Shown here piece after piece: positions 17,078 through 25,845 of a DNA stretch of 40,768 nt (position 1 is its first letter; each line of letters begins with the position of its first letter). The stretch is from a virus (taxonomy: Duplodnaviria > Caudoviricetes). The translations under genes and the position numbers were made by a program. The DNA lies in the IMG/VR virus record IMGVR_UViG_3300024253_000039, positions 1-40,768 of that record. One strand, 5' to 3'. Below the pieces are notes generated by a model, which worked only from the letters and a program-made list of their open reading frames with translations, made no database searches and was not told where the DNA came from.

Positions 17078-19601
17078 CTTCCAGGTCAATATAATATTTC
17101 CCATTGTTGTATTCGGCTTTAATGATGCGAAACTTGGTACTTCGTTGCAGTATTATTTCAACCTCTACGCCAAAATTTGTTTGTTGGGCTTTTCCGTCCC
17201 ATGTTTTACCAGACCCCAAACCAAACGCGGAATAAGGTTCTGCATACAACATCTTTGTTCCGCGAGGACAATAGATATTGTATATTATTTTCTTGCTGTT
17301 AAAACCTGTTCCTTTTGCAAGACCACAAGAACTAAAAGCCTTTTCAATACCTGTTTTCCCGTGAATTGATTTTAAATTTTTAATATTTATGCTTTCAATA
17401 TCAAAACCAAACAATCCTTTGAATCCAATATTATCGACACCACGTTGGACCCATAAATCGAAATTATACGATGATTTGTTGACAATGCTTGTTAGCGCAT
17501 CCGCATCTTTTTTTGAATCGTACTTTCCATTGTATTGTCCAACATAAGATTGTCCGCGCAATGGTTCATTTATATATGAACTTCCTGCCGTATAACGGTA
17601 TGCACTTAATTTTTCATGTTCTGTCGAATTTTGCCAAACAGTCTCTAAAACGCTTCTGACTTTTTCATCAGCTTCTTTTGGTGTTTTAGCCCATATTGCC
17701 GAATCTTTGCGTGCTTTGGTATAATTATTTTCATCATCCCAATCAACAGGCTTTATATCGCCAAACAGCTTTTTAGCAGCCCTTGCAGCTTTTGCGGCTT
17801 CCAACTTGGCGACTTCATTATTCAATTCTAAAGCTTTTTGTTGTAATTGATGTATCGGTGCGTTATTGTCAAATAATGCTTCGATTTCGGTTGCCAATTT
17901 CTTTACTTTTGAGCTTTTTGTTGTTTTAGTAAAGTTAACGGCATTTGAAATGTTTGTTTTAATTTTTTCTTTATCAATTAAGTATTCAACTTTTACAAGT
18001 CGTTTTTTATATGCATCTTGCGCTGCTTTCCATGTATCGTATTTTTTATTTTTTTCAACCCACTCAATTTCAAAGTTCAGCTTCTTAACTTGTTGTTCCA
18101 ACGGTAAATTTTCCCATGTATAAAGTTTCTTTTCAACGGCATTGAATAGGGATTTAATAGTTGGCATATCAAATTTGGCTTTTAAATCTTTCACTCCAAC
18201 AAGCAATGTTTCAAGATTATTGATTTCCACGCGTTCATCCCAAGCTTCTTTTACCTGCATTTTGCGGCCCAATTCATTCATCATGGAATCAATCTTTGAT
18301 ATATCTGCACCACGTTTGATTTCTTTGCTGATTTTATCTGTCAGATCGGAAATAACATCACTTTCTTTGCCATATTTAGTTTTTATTTCTTGCAACTGGT
18401 CATTATACTTCCTGCTTGCAACACGTGTGTTCCAACGGGCTTGTATATCCTCTTTTTGTTGTTCGGTCTTGATCGGTTTCGCCGGTTCAATGTATTTCAA
18501 TCCATCCGCCAAATTCCCGTTTACAAAATTATCACGTATAAAATAAGGTGTTGAAGCCCAATTGGATTGCCTTTGTTTGTTTTCCTCAACCCAATTATTA
18601 AATCCATCCGGCATTTTATTAATTAATTCGGGCTTCCATTCACTCCTTTTATTGTCAAAAATGCTCTTATACAACTTCTTACTTTCTTCTTGTGTGATAA
18701 GGATTGGTATCATTTCGCACCTGCATTGAGGGTGCCACCCTTTAAATTTGAATGTTTTAGGATAAGTACCCTGCAAAGTATCACATATATCCTTAAATTT
18801 AGTTGGTACGCCATTTATAAGCGTGGTATGATTGTTGCTTAATGTTATTTTCCATCCCGTAATTAATGGGTTATTTTGTGCAGAGTTCCAAACCGCTTCA
18901 CAATTTGCTGCCTTTAATTCTGTACGAGCAAGGCGCATGGCATTCTTATATGCAGAACGGTACACACCTTGTCCTGGTTTGTACTTTTGTGCAGCTTTAC
19001 TCCATTCTAATTCTCCAGTCTCTTTGTTGCGTACACGTCTAAACAGTTTTTCAGGTTCATTCAAATAACCTTTCAGGCTCTTTTGGATATCATCGGCACT
19101 TTTACCTTCTTTTATACCGTTTTGGATAATAATTTCAATTTCTTTTTTTGCATTGCCGGCTAAATTCCAAACCCTGTCTGATATATTTAATCCTTTCTCA
19201 CGCTTTTCATAATAAAATGTTTTTGCTGTTTTATCACGAGTAGCCTGTGTAGCTGTTTCACGTATTTTATTGAAAATTTCTCTTTCTTTTTCTGTTTTTG
19301 CAAGTTTTGATTCAGTGCTTTCCCAGAACAATTCTTGTGATTGCTTCCATTCCTTTTCGATACCATTCAATAATAGATAATTGATTTTATTTGCCATTCC
19401 GGAAAGCAGTTTATTTACTTCCTTATTGGCCGTATCATTGTTTGAAAAGAAGAAATCGTCATCTTTATCTTTTATTGCTTTTTTTACACCTGCAATATTA
19501 AGACTTGATAAATAATTTTTATATACCGTATTCTGTAGTTTACGAATAAGATATTCTGTTTCTTTCTTTTTTTTTATATCATCGTTTCCCCCCTTTGCCA
19601 T
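17064..19601 (-). CDS. MuF/SPP1 gp7-like minor head protein with C-terminal ADP-ribosyltransferase domain (845 aa)
   Basis: MuF motifs 'NISDRVW', 'AMRLARTE', 'GWHPQCRC'; coiled-coil linker; ART motifs 'YTAGSSYINEPLRG', 'WVQRG' (R), 'FSSCG' (S-x-S position), 'EVEIILQRSTKFRI' (ExE). Confidence 0.9.
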   Translation of the reverse strand: MAKGGNDDIKKKKETEYLIRKLQNTVYKNYLSSLNIAGVKKAIKDKDDDFFFSNNDTANKEVNKLLSGMANKINYLLLNGIEKEWKQSQELFWESTESKLAKTEKEREIFNKIRETATQATRDKTAKTFYYEKREKGLNISDRVWNLAGNAKKEIEIIIQNGIKEGKSADDIQKSLKGYLNEPEKLFRRVRNKETGELEWSKAAQKYKPGQGVYRSAYKNAMRLARTELKAANCEAVWNSAQNNPLITGWKITLSNNHTTLINGVPTKFKDICDTLQGTYPKTFKFKGWHPQCRCEMIPILITQEESKKLYKSIFDNKRSEWKPELINKMPDGFNNWVEENKQRQSNWASTPYFIRDNFVNGNLADGLKYIEPAKPIKTEQQKEDIQARWNTRVASRKYNDQLQEIKTKYGKESDVISDLTDKISKEIKRGADISKIDSMMNELGRKMQVKEAWDERVEINNLETLLVGVKDLKAKFDMPTIKSLFNAVEKKLYTWENLPLEQQVKKLNFEIEWVEKNKKYDTWKAAQDAYKKRLVKVEYLIDKEKIKTNISNAVNFTKTTKSSKVKKLATEIEALFDNNAPIHQLQQKALELNNEVAKLEAAKAARAAKKLFGDIKPVDWDDENNYTKARKDSAIWAKTPKEADEKVRSVLETVWQNSTEHEKLSAYRYTAGSSYINEPLRGQSYVGQYNGKYDSKKDADALTSIVNKSSYNFDLWVQRGVDNIGFKGLFGFDIESINIKNLKSIHGKTGIEKAFSSCGLAKGTGFNSKKIIYNIYCPRGTKMLYAEPYSAFGLGSGKTWDGKAQQTNFGVEVEIILQRSTKFRIIKAEYNNGKYYIDLEVIGQ

Positions 19602-20080
19602 TATATATTAAATTTTTCTTGTATGTGCTCCTTAAAAGCATTTATGACATTATCAAATTCGATTTTCAAATCATCGGAGAATTGCCGCGTGCTTCCGGTA
19701 AGCACGTCATACCCTTTTGCCTCCACATATAGTGCATATTCAGCTCCGGCAACCATTACAGAGACAATAATTTTGTCGTCTTGTTGTCCGGCAATACTTC
19801 TGGCATACGCAAGCCCTTCTTGTACACCTTCACCACCTTTTTCGCCGCCTGTCGATTCAAAATAATTATATACTTCTTTCCCGTTATAATATATGACGCA
19901 ACCAATCGAGGAACGCAATTTATGCGTTTGATCTTTATATGTATTCGTTTGTTTTGCCCGTTGCACCATTTTGATACAAGCTATTTTATAAGCTTCTAAA
20001 GCTGCTTCCGCAAATTCTTCTTTCTTCGATTCTGCATATTTGCGTAATGCAGACATATCAAAATCAGGTTGTATTGGCAT
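19601..20080 (-). CDS. HK97 gp10-like neck / tail-completion protein
   Basis: 'YKDQTHKLRSSIG' and 'VAGAEYALYVEAKGYDVL' match the gp10-like TGxLRxSI / YAxYVE pattern. Confidence 0.7.
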   Translation of the reverse strand: MPIQPDFDMSALRKYAESKKEEFAEAALEAYKIACIKMVQRAKQTNTYKDQTHKLRSSIGCVIYYNGKEVYNYFESTGGEKGGEGVQEGLAYARSIAGQQDDKIIVSVMVAGAEYALYVEAKGYDVLTGSTRQFSDDLKIEFDNVINAFKEHIQEKFNI

Positions 20081-20085
20081 AATGA

Positions 20086-21528
20086 TTAAATTGTGGGCTC
20101 AAACATATCTACATAACTGTTTGCTGCACTCTCGCTTTGTATTTGCTCGTAGTCTTTGTCCGGGTCCTGTGTCAGGTTTGCACCTTTTACACTTGCTTTC
20201 TGCGAAACAAGCGGCTTGTTCCCATTTGCAGCCAGCCACATGTTTATTTCGTCAATCTCGTTGGTAAGCATGTACGGCGTGATTTCCGGTTCAATTTCCA
20301 TCATTTCGCATTCAGCTTCAAGCGCTGTATTGAACTTGCCTATATAGGCTTTTATCACGTTTGCACGACGCTGCAAATAATCGTCGAATATTTCTCTTTT
20401 ATCCTGCACTTTTAAATGCGCATCCATGAAAAGCAGCTTCAATGCAATTCCCGATATTGCTCCAAGTCCTTTTACCGATTCAAACGAAATGTCCGGTGTT
20501 TGAGTGATCGTATAGATCATTTTCAAGAGTGTTTCGATTTCAAGTTTTACCGATTCCGGTGCGTTCTGCCATGACACATATTGCATTGTTGATCCTTCTT
20601 CTCCTTCGATAACGGCACCGCTTTCTCCTTTTTTGGACCATCCGTTTATTTGTCCTGTAACGAAGATTTTCGGGCTTGCATGATAATCGTTTGTATCTGC
20701 AAAATTGGAAAGCAGCGTTTCCAATCTGTCGATTAATGAATTTACGTCTTCAGTTTCAAATGTATCCTGATACCCGTAAATTATCGGGATTTTCCCGATT
20801 GAAATTGGTTTGGGATACCCTTCAACTACTTCATAACCATTCACTCCGTATAGCCATAGCCAATGCTCCGTATCGGTATATGTTTCAAAATAATTGTACT
20901 TAATTTTATTATCCTCTCTTGAGAATTCGCGAGAGAAAGCTATCATGTCACCCGTTTCGTCCCAATATGGATATAAAATATCGCCCAATCCAGGCGAAAA
21001 TACGGCACAACGCAGCTTAAACTTCGAGTTGAAACCGTAGTTTGTATTTTGTTTTTCTACAGGATACCAAAGTTCGGCGCACTCTTTATAGCCGAATATC
21101 AAACGTGCAATCTTCCGGTTCAATGAATTGCTTTTCACATCGTACAAGATGCGGTTCAAGGCCTTCACAATCATTTCCTGATTGGCATTATTTGGGCTTG
21201 CGTTATAAGCCACCTGGTTACCGAACAGAAACGAAACCGCACGTTTGATTATCAGCTTTTGAAGTGCCAACTTGATTCGTGCAACCTTCTCTATTTTATA
21301 GTTTACAGAATCGCCGTTTGTATCAACTACTTTTCGTAAATTGTTATCTTCTGCATCGACTTTCACCCTTTTATCCGGACGCAAAATTTTATCGTTTATG
21401 CTGTGCAGTTCAGGATCGATCGCTTTATTTGCAGCTTCAACATCCGGTTGAGGAATATAACGTCGAGATTTCAATTCTGAAATAATATCATTTGACGTTT
21501 CATTCTTAAAAATTTCTTCAATTGTCAT
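20086..21528 (-). CDS. Portal protein (SPP1 gp6-like)
   Basis: 480 aa; 'IGKIPIIY', 'LID...LLSN', 'SGIALKL'; directly downstream of the large terminase gene. Confidence 0.92.
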   Translation of the reverse strand: MTIEEIFKNETSNDIISELKSRRYIPQPDVEAANKAIDPELHSINDKILRPDKRVKVDAEDNNLRKVVDTNGDSVNYKIEKVARIKLALQKLIIKRAVSFLFGNQVAYNASPNNANQEMIVKALNRILYDVKSNSLNRKIARLIFGYKECAELWYPVEKQNTNYGFNSKFKLRCAVFSPGLGDILYPYWDETGDMIAFSREFSREDNKIKYNYFETYTDTEHWLWLYGVNGYEVVEGYPKPISIGKIPIIYGYQDTFETEDVNSLIDRLETLLSNFADTNDYHASPKIFVTGQINGWSKKGESGAVIEGEEGSTMQYVSWQNAPESVKLEIETLLKMIYTITQTPDISFESVKGLGAISGIALKLLFMDAHLKVQDKREIFDDYLQRRANVIKAYIGKFNTALEAECEMMEIEPEITPYMLTNEIDEINMWLAANGNKPLVSQKASVKGANLTQDPDKDYEQIQSESAANSYVDMFEPTI

Positions 21529-21535
21529 AACTTAT

Positions 21536-21552
21536 TGTATTATATTGATACA
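21536..21552. promoter_or_regulatory. Copy of the TGTATTA-N3-TAATACA palindrome in the terL-portal gap
   Basis: TGTATTA-TAT-TGATACA (one arm mismatch); 7 nt from the portal ATG. Confidence 0.55.
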
Positions 21553-21554
21553 CT

Positions 21555-23045
21555 TTAGTAGCCAAAAAGACCGGCAACGTCTTGTTTAACCCGTTTATTT
21601 CTTTTCTCGACTGTACCCGTAAGCGCATCGGGTGCATCATCGTGTTGGTTCTTTCCTATCTTCAAATAACCATTGATTGCAGTTGCAAACTCAGGGAATA
21701 ATTTTGTCCATCCTTGCGGCATGAATGTAAGGTTCTGAACTGCAGCCGAATTGGAATAAATGCGAATATCCTTGTTATCCATTTGATGAAACCATTTGAA
21801 TTTGGTTTTCATGTTTTCCATCAAGCGGCATTGCTTTTCAACGGCACGGGCAAAGCCACGTCCGCCATTGTTGGATTCAACTACACATTCTTGCACAGTG
21901 TGCCTTGTAAGCATCCTGGCAAGTGCAGGTTCGGTGTATTCCATAGGTCGTTGTGTGTACATGACATCCACAATGTAATTACCAATTTCCGTTTCATCGT
22001 ATATGATGGCACACAAGTAATCCGCACCTGTGTCAGCCGTATCGACATAAGCTTTGCGGATGCAATATTGTGTTGCTGGCTTGATTGCATATTCTGTGAA
22101 TCCTTGTTCGTACATAAGCCCCTCGATTGGCTTGGGGTTTTGCTGATACAAGGAATCGAACACGTGCGGATTCCTTGCACGTATCGAAACCAGCTTTTCA
22201 AGCGAATGCCTTTCTTCCCAAAGCGCTTCGCCCTCGTTCCTTTGGTCGTATTCGGTAGGTGCACCCTCTTTGATTGCCCTGTATATCACGACAACCCATC
22301 CGTTAGGATTGGTTATTGGGTCGTATTCCCCTTGTTGTTTTAATAGACTACCCGCCAAGTCATCTTCATGCCACCTGGTGAACACGATAAGTTGTTGTGA
22401 TTTGTTGTGCAAACGTGTTTCCGCCACCGTGTCGTACCAATCTGAAATGGATTCACGCACGATTGGGGACCATGCGGTTTGGGCACCCTTGTAGATGTCA
22501 TCCATTATCAGTACATCAACCGATTCACCTGTTAATGCACCGCCAACACCAACGGTCTTGAATCCACCACGATACCCGACAATTTCGCATTCATCAGCAT
22601 TGCGCAACCAAGCCCCTGAAAGTGTTGTCACGTTGGATGAATTCAAGCGTGTTTCCGGAAATATGGCTCGGTATTCGGGCGTGTCGATGATACGTTGTAT
22701 TTCCCTGTTAAACTTGCGTGCCTTTGGAGCATTGTATGAAACAATTGCAATTTTTGTATCGGGATTTTCACCTAAAATAAACGCCGGCAAACGTCTTGTC
22801 GAACCTTCTGACTTACCATGTTGGGGCGGCATGAATACCATAAGTTTGCGAATCTTTCCGTGTGCAAACTCGGTCAACTTTTCATAATAACGTTTGTGAA
22901 AATCAGCTGGGCTGAATGTTGGCATTGTGGCAAACGTAAAACGCAAAAGGTCGGCACGACTTTCACGCACCAACCGTTCATGCAATAACAAGGCGTATTC
23001 TTTACGCTCCCTTTGCAATGTACGCTTTTCCAACAGTGTTATCAT
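21555..23045 (-). CDS. terL: Terminase large subunit
   Basis: Walker A 'PPQHGKS', 'GGALTG', Walker B 'LIMDD', 'TRWHEDDL', 'LYQQNP', nuclease 'YVDTA...DY' and 'HDDAPDA'. Confidence 0.95.
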   Translation of the reverse strand: MITLLEKRTLQRERKEYALLLHERLVRESRADLLRFTFATMPTFSPADFHKRYYEKLTEFAHGKIRKLMVFMPPQHGKSEGSTRRLPAFILGENPDTKIAIVSYNAPKARKFNREIQRIIDTPEYRAIFPETRLNSSNVTTLSGAWLRNADECEIVGYRGGFKTVGVGGALTGESVDVLIMDDIYKGAQTAWSPIVRESISDWYDTVAETRLHNKSQQLIVFTRWHEDDLAGSLLKQQGEYDPITNPNGWVVVIYRAIKEGAPTEYDQRNEGEALWEERHSLEKLVSIRARNPHVFDSLYQQNPKPIEGLMYEQGFTEYAIKPATQYCIRKAYVDTADTGADYLCAIIYDETEIGNYIVDVMYTQRPMEYTEPALARMLTRHTVQECVVESNNGGRGFARAVEKQCRLMENMKTKFKWFHQMDNKDIRIYSNSAAVQNLTFMPQGWTKLFPEFATAINGYLKIGKNQHDDAPDALTGTVEKRNKRVKQDVAGLFGY

Positions 23046-23551
23046 TTACCCAACTTCCTTTCCAATTCGGCAATCTTCTTTTCCAATTCATCATCGGATA
23101 GCTGCTTGAATAAATCATTGCCATCCTTACCGGTTACTTCATTGGTTTGTCTGTTACGCCATGTATCAGGTTCGCCGTTTGTCAATGTGAAAATCACCGC
23201 AGCCGTATCCGGTGCGATGTGCTTCTTTGTTGTCGTTTGCTCCTTTATTTGTGGCTTTGGTCTCCCGTTTTCGTCCTTTTCACGGCTTGGAACGGTGACA
23301 ACTTTTGTTTCATCAACCGTATAGCCCTGAATTTTCTTCAAAAGACTTTTCTTTGCTTCTGCAACAAAGAATTGCATCCGTTCAGCTTTGGCTTGTTCAA
23401 TGGCTTGCGCAAATTCTTCATTTTCAGCTTGCCAATCATAGAACGTTCGCGGTGCAATTCCAACAATACGGCATATTTCGGCAATGGTATATGTGTCAGA
23501 CTTCATCAGTTCGACAATCTTTTTTACCATCCTTCTACTGTATTTTGCCAT
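23042..23551 (-). CDS. terS: Terminase small subunit (N-terminal HTH)
   Basis: HTH 'TIAEICRIVGIAPRTFYDW', 'PDTAAVIFTLTN...WR'; overlaps the terL start. Confidence 0.85.
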   Translation of the reverse strand: MAKYSRRMVKKIVELMKSDTYTIAEICRIVGIAPRTFYDWQAENEEFAQAIEQAKAERMQFFVAEAKKSLLKKIQGYTVDETKVVTVPSREKDENGRPKPQIKEQTTTKKHIAPDTAAVIFTLTNGEPDTWRNRQTNEVTGKDGNDLFKQLSDDELEKKIAELERKLGK

Positions 23552-23593
23552 AATTTTTTTGTCTTTTTAGGTTGATTCTGTGCAAATTGTGCA

Positions 23594-24139
23594 TTACTCC
23601 TTCAACTTACATTTAAACCCTCTATCTTGTAATTCACTGAATAACAATGACAATTTGGTTACATCACCACATTCAACAATCAACTTTGTGTCGATTTCCT
23701 GTTTTGGATCTTCTACTTCTTCCGGTTCAGGTTCTGGCATTGACACACCCCAATCTTCCGGTTCAATGGCGAATCTTTCGGCTTGTTCGGCGATAACGTC
23801 AAAATCCCATGCAATATTTGCTTTGCTTGTGGCATTATCCGACAAAGCAAGTTCTCGTCCTTTGTCTGAATCCAAGTCAATGTCTTTTCGTTTGACTGCA
23901 ACGATTTGGTTTCCGTCTGTCTCAACTATTATCACGTTATCAAGTCCAACGATTGCGGCATTCTCGATCGTCTTGTTGCCTGCAATGATTCTGTTGTTTT
24001 TGTCCAATAGAATAGAACGACCAGCCCCGAACTTGCGTAACGATTCTTCAATAAGATGTTGCCCGTATTCAGTTCCTTTATTGAAGTTCTTGTTATCCGG
24101 AATCAGTTGTTCAATGCTTGTTTCAATAATCTTTGCCAT
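23594..24139 (-). CDS. ParB/Srx-like N-terminal domain protein
   Basis: 'SLRKFGAGRSILLDKNNRIIAGN', 'LALSDN'; common position upstream of terS. Confidence 0.75.
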   Translation of the reverse strand: MAKIIETSIEQLIPDNKNFNKGTEYGQHLIEESLRKFGAGRSILLDKNNRIIAGNKTIENAAIVGLDNVIIVETDGNQIVAVKRKDIDLDSDKGRELALSDNATSKANIAWDFDVIAEQAERFAIEPEDWGVSMPEPEPEEVEDPKQEIDTKLIVECGDVTKLSLLFSELQDRGFKCKLKE

Positions 24140-24157
24140 TGTTTTGTAATTATATTA

Positions 24158-24192
24158 CAAAAATAAAACGTGTATTACAATAACACACGTTT
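24158..24192 (-). promoter_or_regulatory. Packaging-operon promoter: -7 box plus adjacent palindrome
   Basis: Minus-strand TATTTTTG at 24158..24165; AAACGTGTATTA-CAA-TAACACACGTTT at 24166..24192 (12-bp arms, one mismatch). Confidence 0.65.
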
Positions 24193-24241
24193 AAATGGAA
24201 AACTTATTCTTTTTTTATCTACAATTATGCTGTACAAAAAA

Positions 24242-24736
24242 TTACACTTTAATTCTTATCGGAAATCCTGCATGATTCCATGCCAGTAATGCGGCATCGC
24301 GCATTTCCTGATTCGTTTTGCCCATTAGTCCCGTAAAGCAGGCTAATTCTTTGTGTGTAATTTTCCCTCCTGGACCTTTCCAACACTTTTTCAATGGTCT
24401 CTGTTCGATAACTTCTATTCCATAGTGCCTACACATTTCAACAATTTTTCTTCCGACCTCGTGGTTCCTGCCTGCAGAATTGCCTTTTGCTGCGGCCGTT
24501 CTGTAATTGTCTGCTTTTCCTTTATGCCAATTATGCGAAATTAACCAGCTTGCCTCAACAATAACAATTAAAGACTCGTTTGTTTCTTCGCTTATTCCTT
24601 TTGCATGTTGCAGGTATTCAAGCAATAATGGAAATTCAAGGCTTGACACTTCCAATTGCCGTGTGGATGGTTTTAGATATGCCACGCCCGATTTTTCAAC
24701 GTCCGGATCAATAGCAATAATGTTTTCATATTTCAT
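24242..24736 (-). CDS. RuvC-like (RNase H fold) Holliday junction resolvase
   Basis: 'IIAIDPDVEKSGVA', 'VIVEA', 'NQEMRDAALLA'. Confidence 0.7.
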   Translation of the reverse strand: MKYENIIAIDPDVEKSGVAYLKPSTRQLEVSSLEFPLLLEYLQHAKGISEETNESLIVIVEASWLISHNWHKGKADNYRTAAAKGNSAGRNHEVGRKIVEMCRHYGIEVIEQRPLKKCWKGPGGKITHKELACFTGLMGKTNQEMRDAALLAWNHAGFPIRIKV

Positions 24737-24982
24737 CTTGTGACTGTTTACTAATTGGAGACCATAACCTGCAAGCAGGGTTAGTCACTTTGATTGTTTA
24801 TAACCAGAATTACTTTTTTTACTTTTTTGTAAGATACAACATTGTACAACTTTTGGCGAATATTGATTTAGCGCCCAACGTTCACGATATTTGCAATTTC
24901 TGCACGTGGGCCCATCTTCCTTGTGCATTTCTTCGATAAAACCATTTTGGTCGGTATCAAAAAGTGTTTCCATTGTTTTCAT
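24726..24982 (-). pseudogene. Cys-rich small protein, probably frameshifted near 24797 (track ORF stops at 24785)
   Basis: 'CRNC...CC' ORF stops at GYKQSK*; the -1 frame continues TIKVTNPACRLWSPISKQSQDEI* to 24726, overlapping the next start. Confidence 0.45.
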
Positions 24983-25560
24983 CTCATAATTTCGTTAAAC
25001 TTCTCTACTAACCGCCTGAATTCAGGGTTATATTTCACTTCATCATCATATTTATTTAATACATACAAAACAGTTGTCCTATCTCGTTGTATAAGCTTCG
25101 AAATGGTCGTTATTTTCATTCCATTCTCGATACATTTGTGTACGAATAACATTCTTGCATAGAATCCGTTCCTTTTCCGTCTTTTAGTAATGTATTCGTT
25201 GAACTTCATGCCTGTAACTTCATGTATTGCATCTTTTATTCTTGTAACATAATTAAAATTAGTAACCACATTTGATTCAAAAAAAATCTTTTTTCCCATT
25301 CGCTTTGCAATATCGTATTCGATACTTGCCCCTAATGATTCCGTCCAGTTGTCAAGCATGTATATTGCTTCACAAGCAAACAATTCTGCTATATCTTTTA
25401 TCATGTGTTGTTCCCAGGTGTCATTTTTGGTTAAACCATTATTCATCGGGTTAATAATTTCAAATCCAAGATCTTCAAGAAATTTTTGCACGGCTTGAAA
25501 TTTGTCTTTAACTTCCCGGAATGGGAGTCCGGTTATTTTTCCGCTAATGTAAATTTTCAT
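24979..25560 (-). CDS. DUF4406-like (nucleoside deoxyribosyltransferase-like) domain fused to a DnaA-C-like HTH
   Basis: Start MKIYISGKITG at 25560; 'INP', 'CEAIYMLDNWTESLGASIE'; C-terminal 'ARMLF...ISKLIQRDRTTVLY'. Confidence 0.7.
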   Translation of the reverse strand: MKIYISGKITGLPFREVKDKFQAVQKFLEDLGFEIINPMNNGLTKNDTWEQHMIKDIAELFACEAIYMLDNWTESLGASIEYDIAKRMGKKIFFESNVVTNFNYVTRIKDAIHEVTGMKFNEYITKRRKRNGFYARMLFVHKCIENGMKITTISKLIQRDRTTVLYVLNKYDDEVKYNPEFRRLVEKFNEIMR

Positions 25561-25610
25561 AATAACTATCAATTTATAAGTTATCAATGTTTACGTGTAC
25601 CGCTTTTGCG

Positions 25611-25838
25611 TCAATTTTTATTAAATGCGTCATATAAATTTTTCTTACTGATATTTTTATCTTTTTGTGAACAAAGTGTGCGTATATTTCTCATCATTAA
25701 TTCGTTTTTTTCTTTCAGTTCAGTTACCTTGTTGTTTAATTCTTTAATTTTATTTTCTTGCTTGACATTTTGAATACCAAGAAATATCGGGGTTCCACCG
25801 AATAGAAGAAGAAGTAAAACAGTTATAAAAGTTTCCAT
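25611..25838 (-). CDS. Small membrane-anchored coiled-coil protein (75 aa)
   Basis: Likely start METFITVLLLLLFGG at 25838; hydrophobic N-terminus followed by a coiled coil. Confidence 0.6.
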   Translation of the reverse strand: METFITVLLLLLFGGTPIFLGIQNVKQENKIKELNNKVTELKEKNELMMRNIRTLCSQKDKNISKKNLYDAFNKN

Positions 25839-25845
25839 AATATAT

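Noticed and set aside
23594-24139. ParB-like gene as part of a DNA-modification cluster
   Set aside because: No methyltransferase or other modification enzyme is adjacent; a lone ParB-like gene before terS is common.
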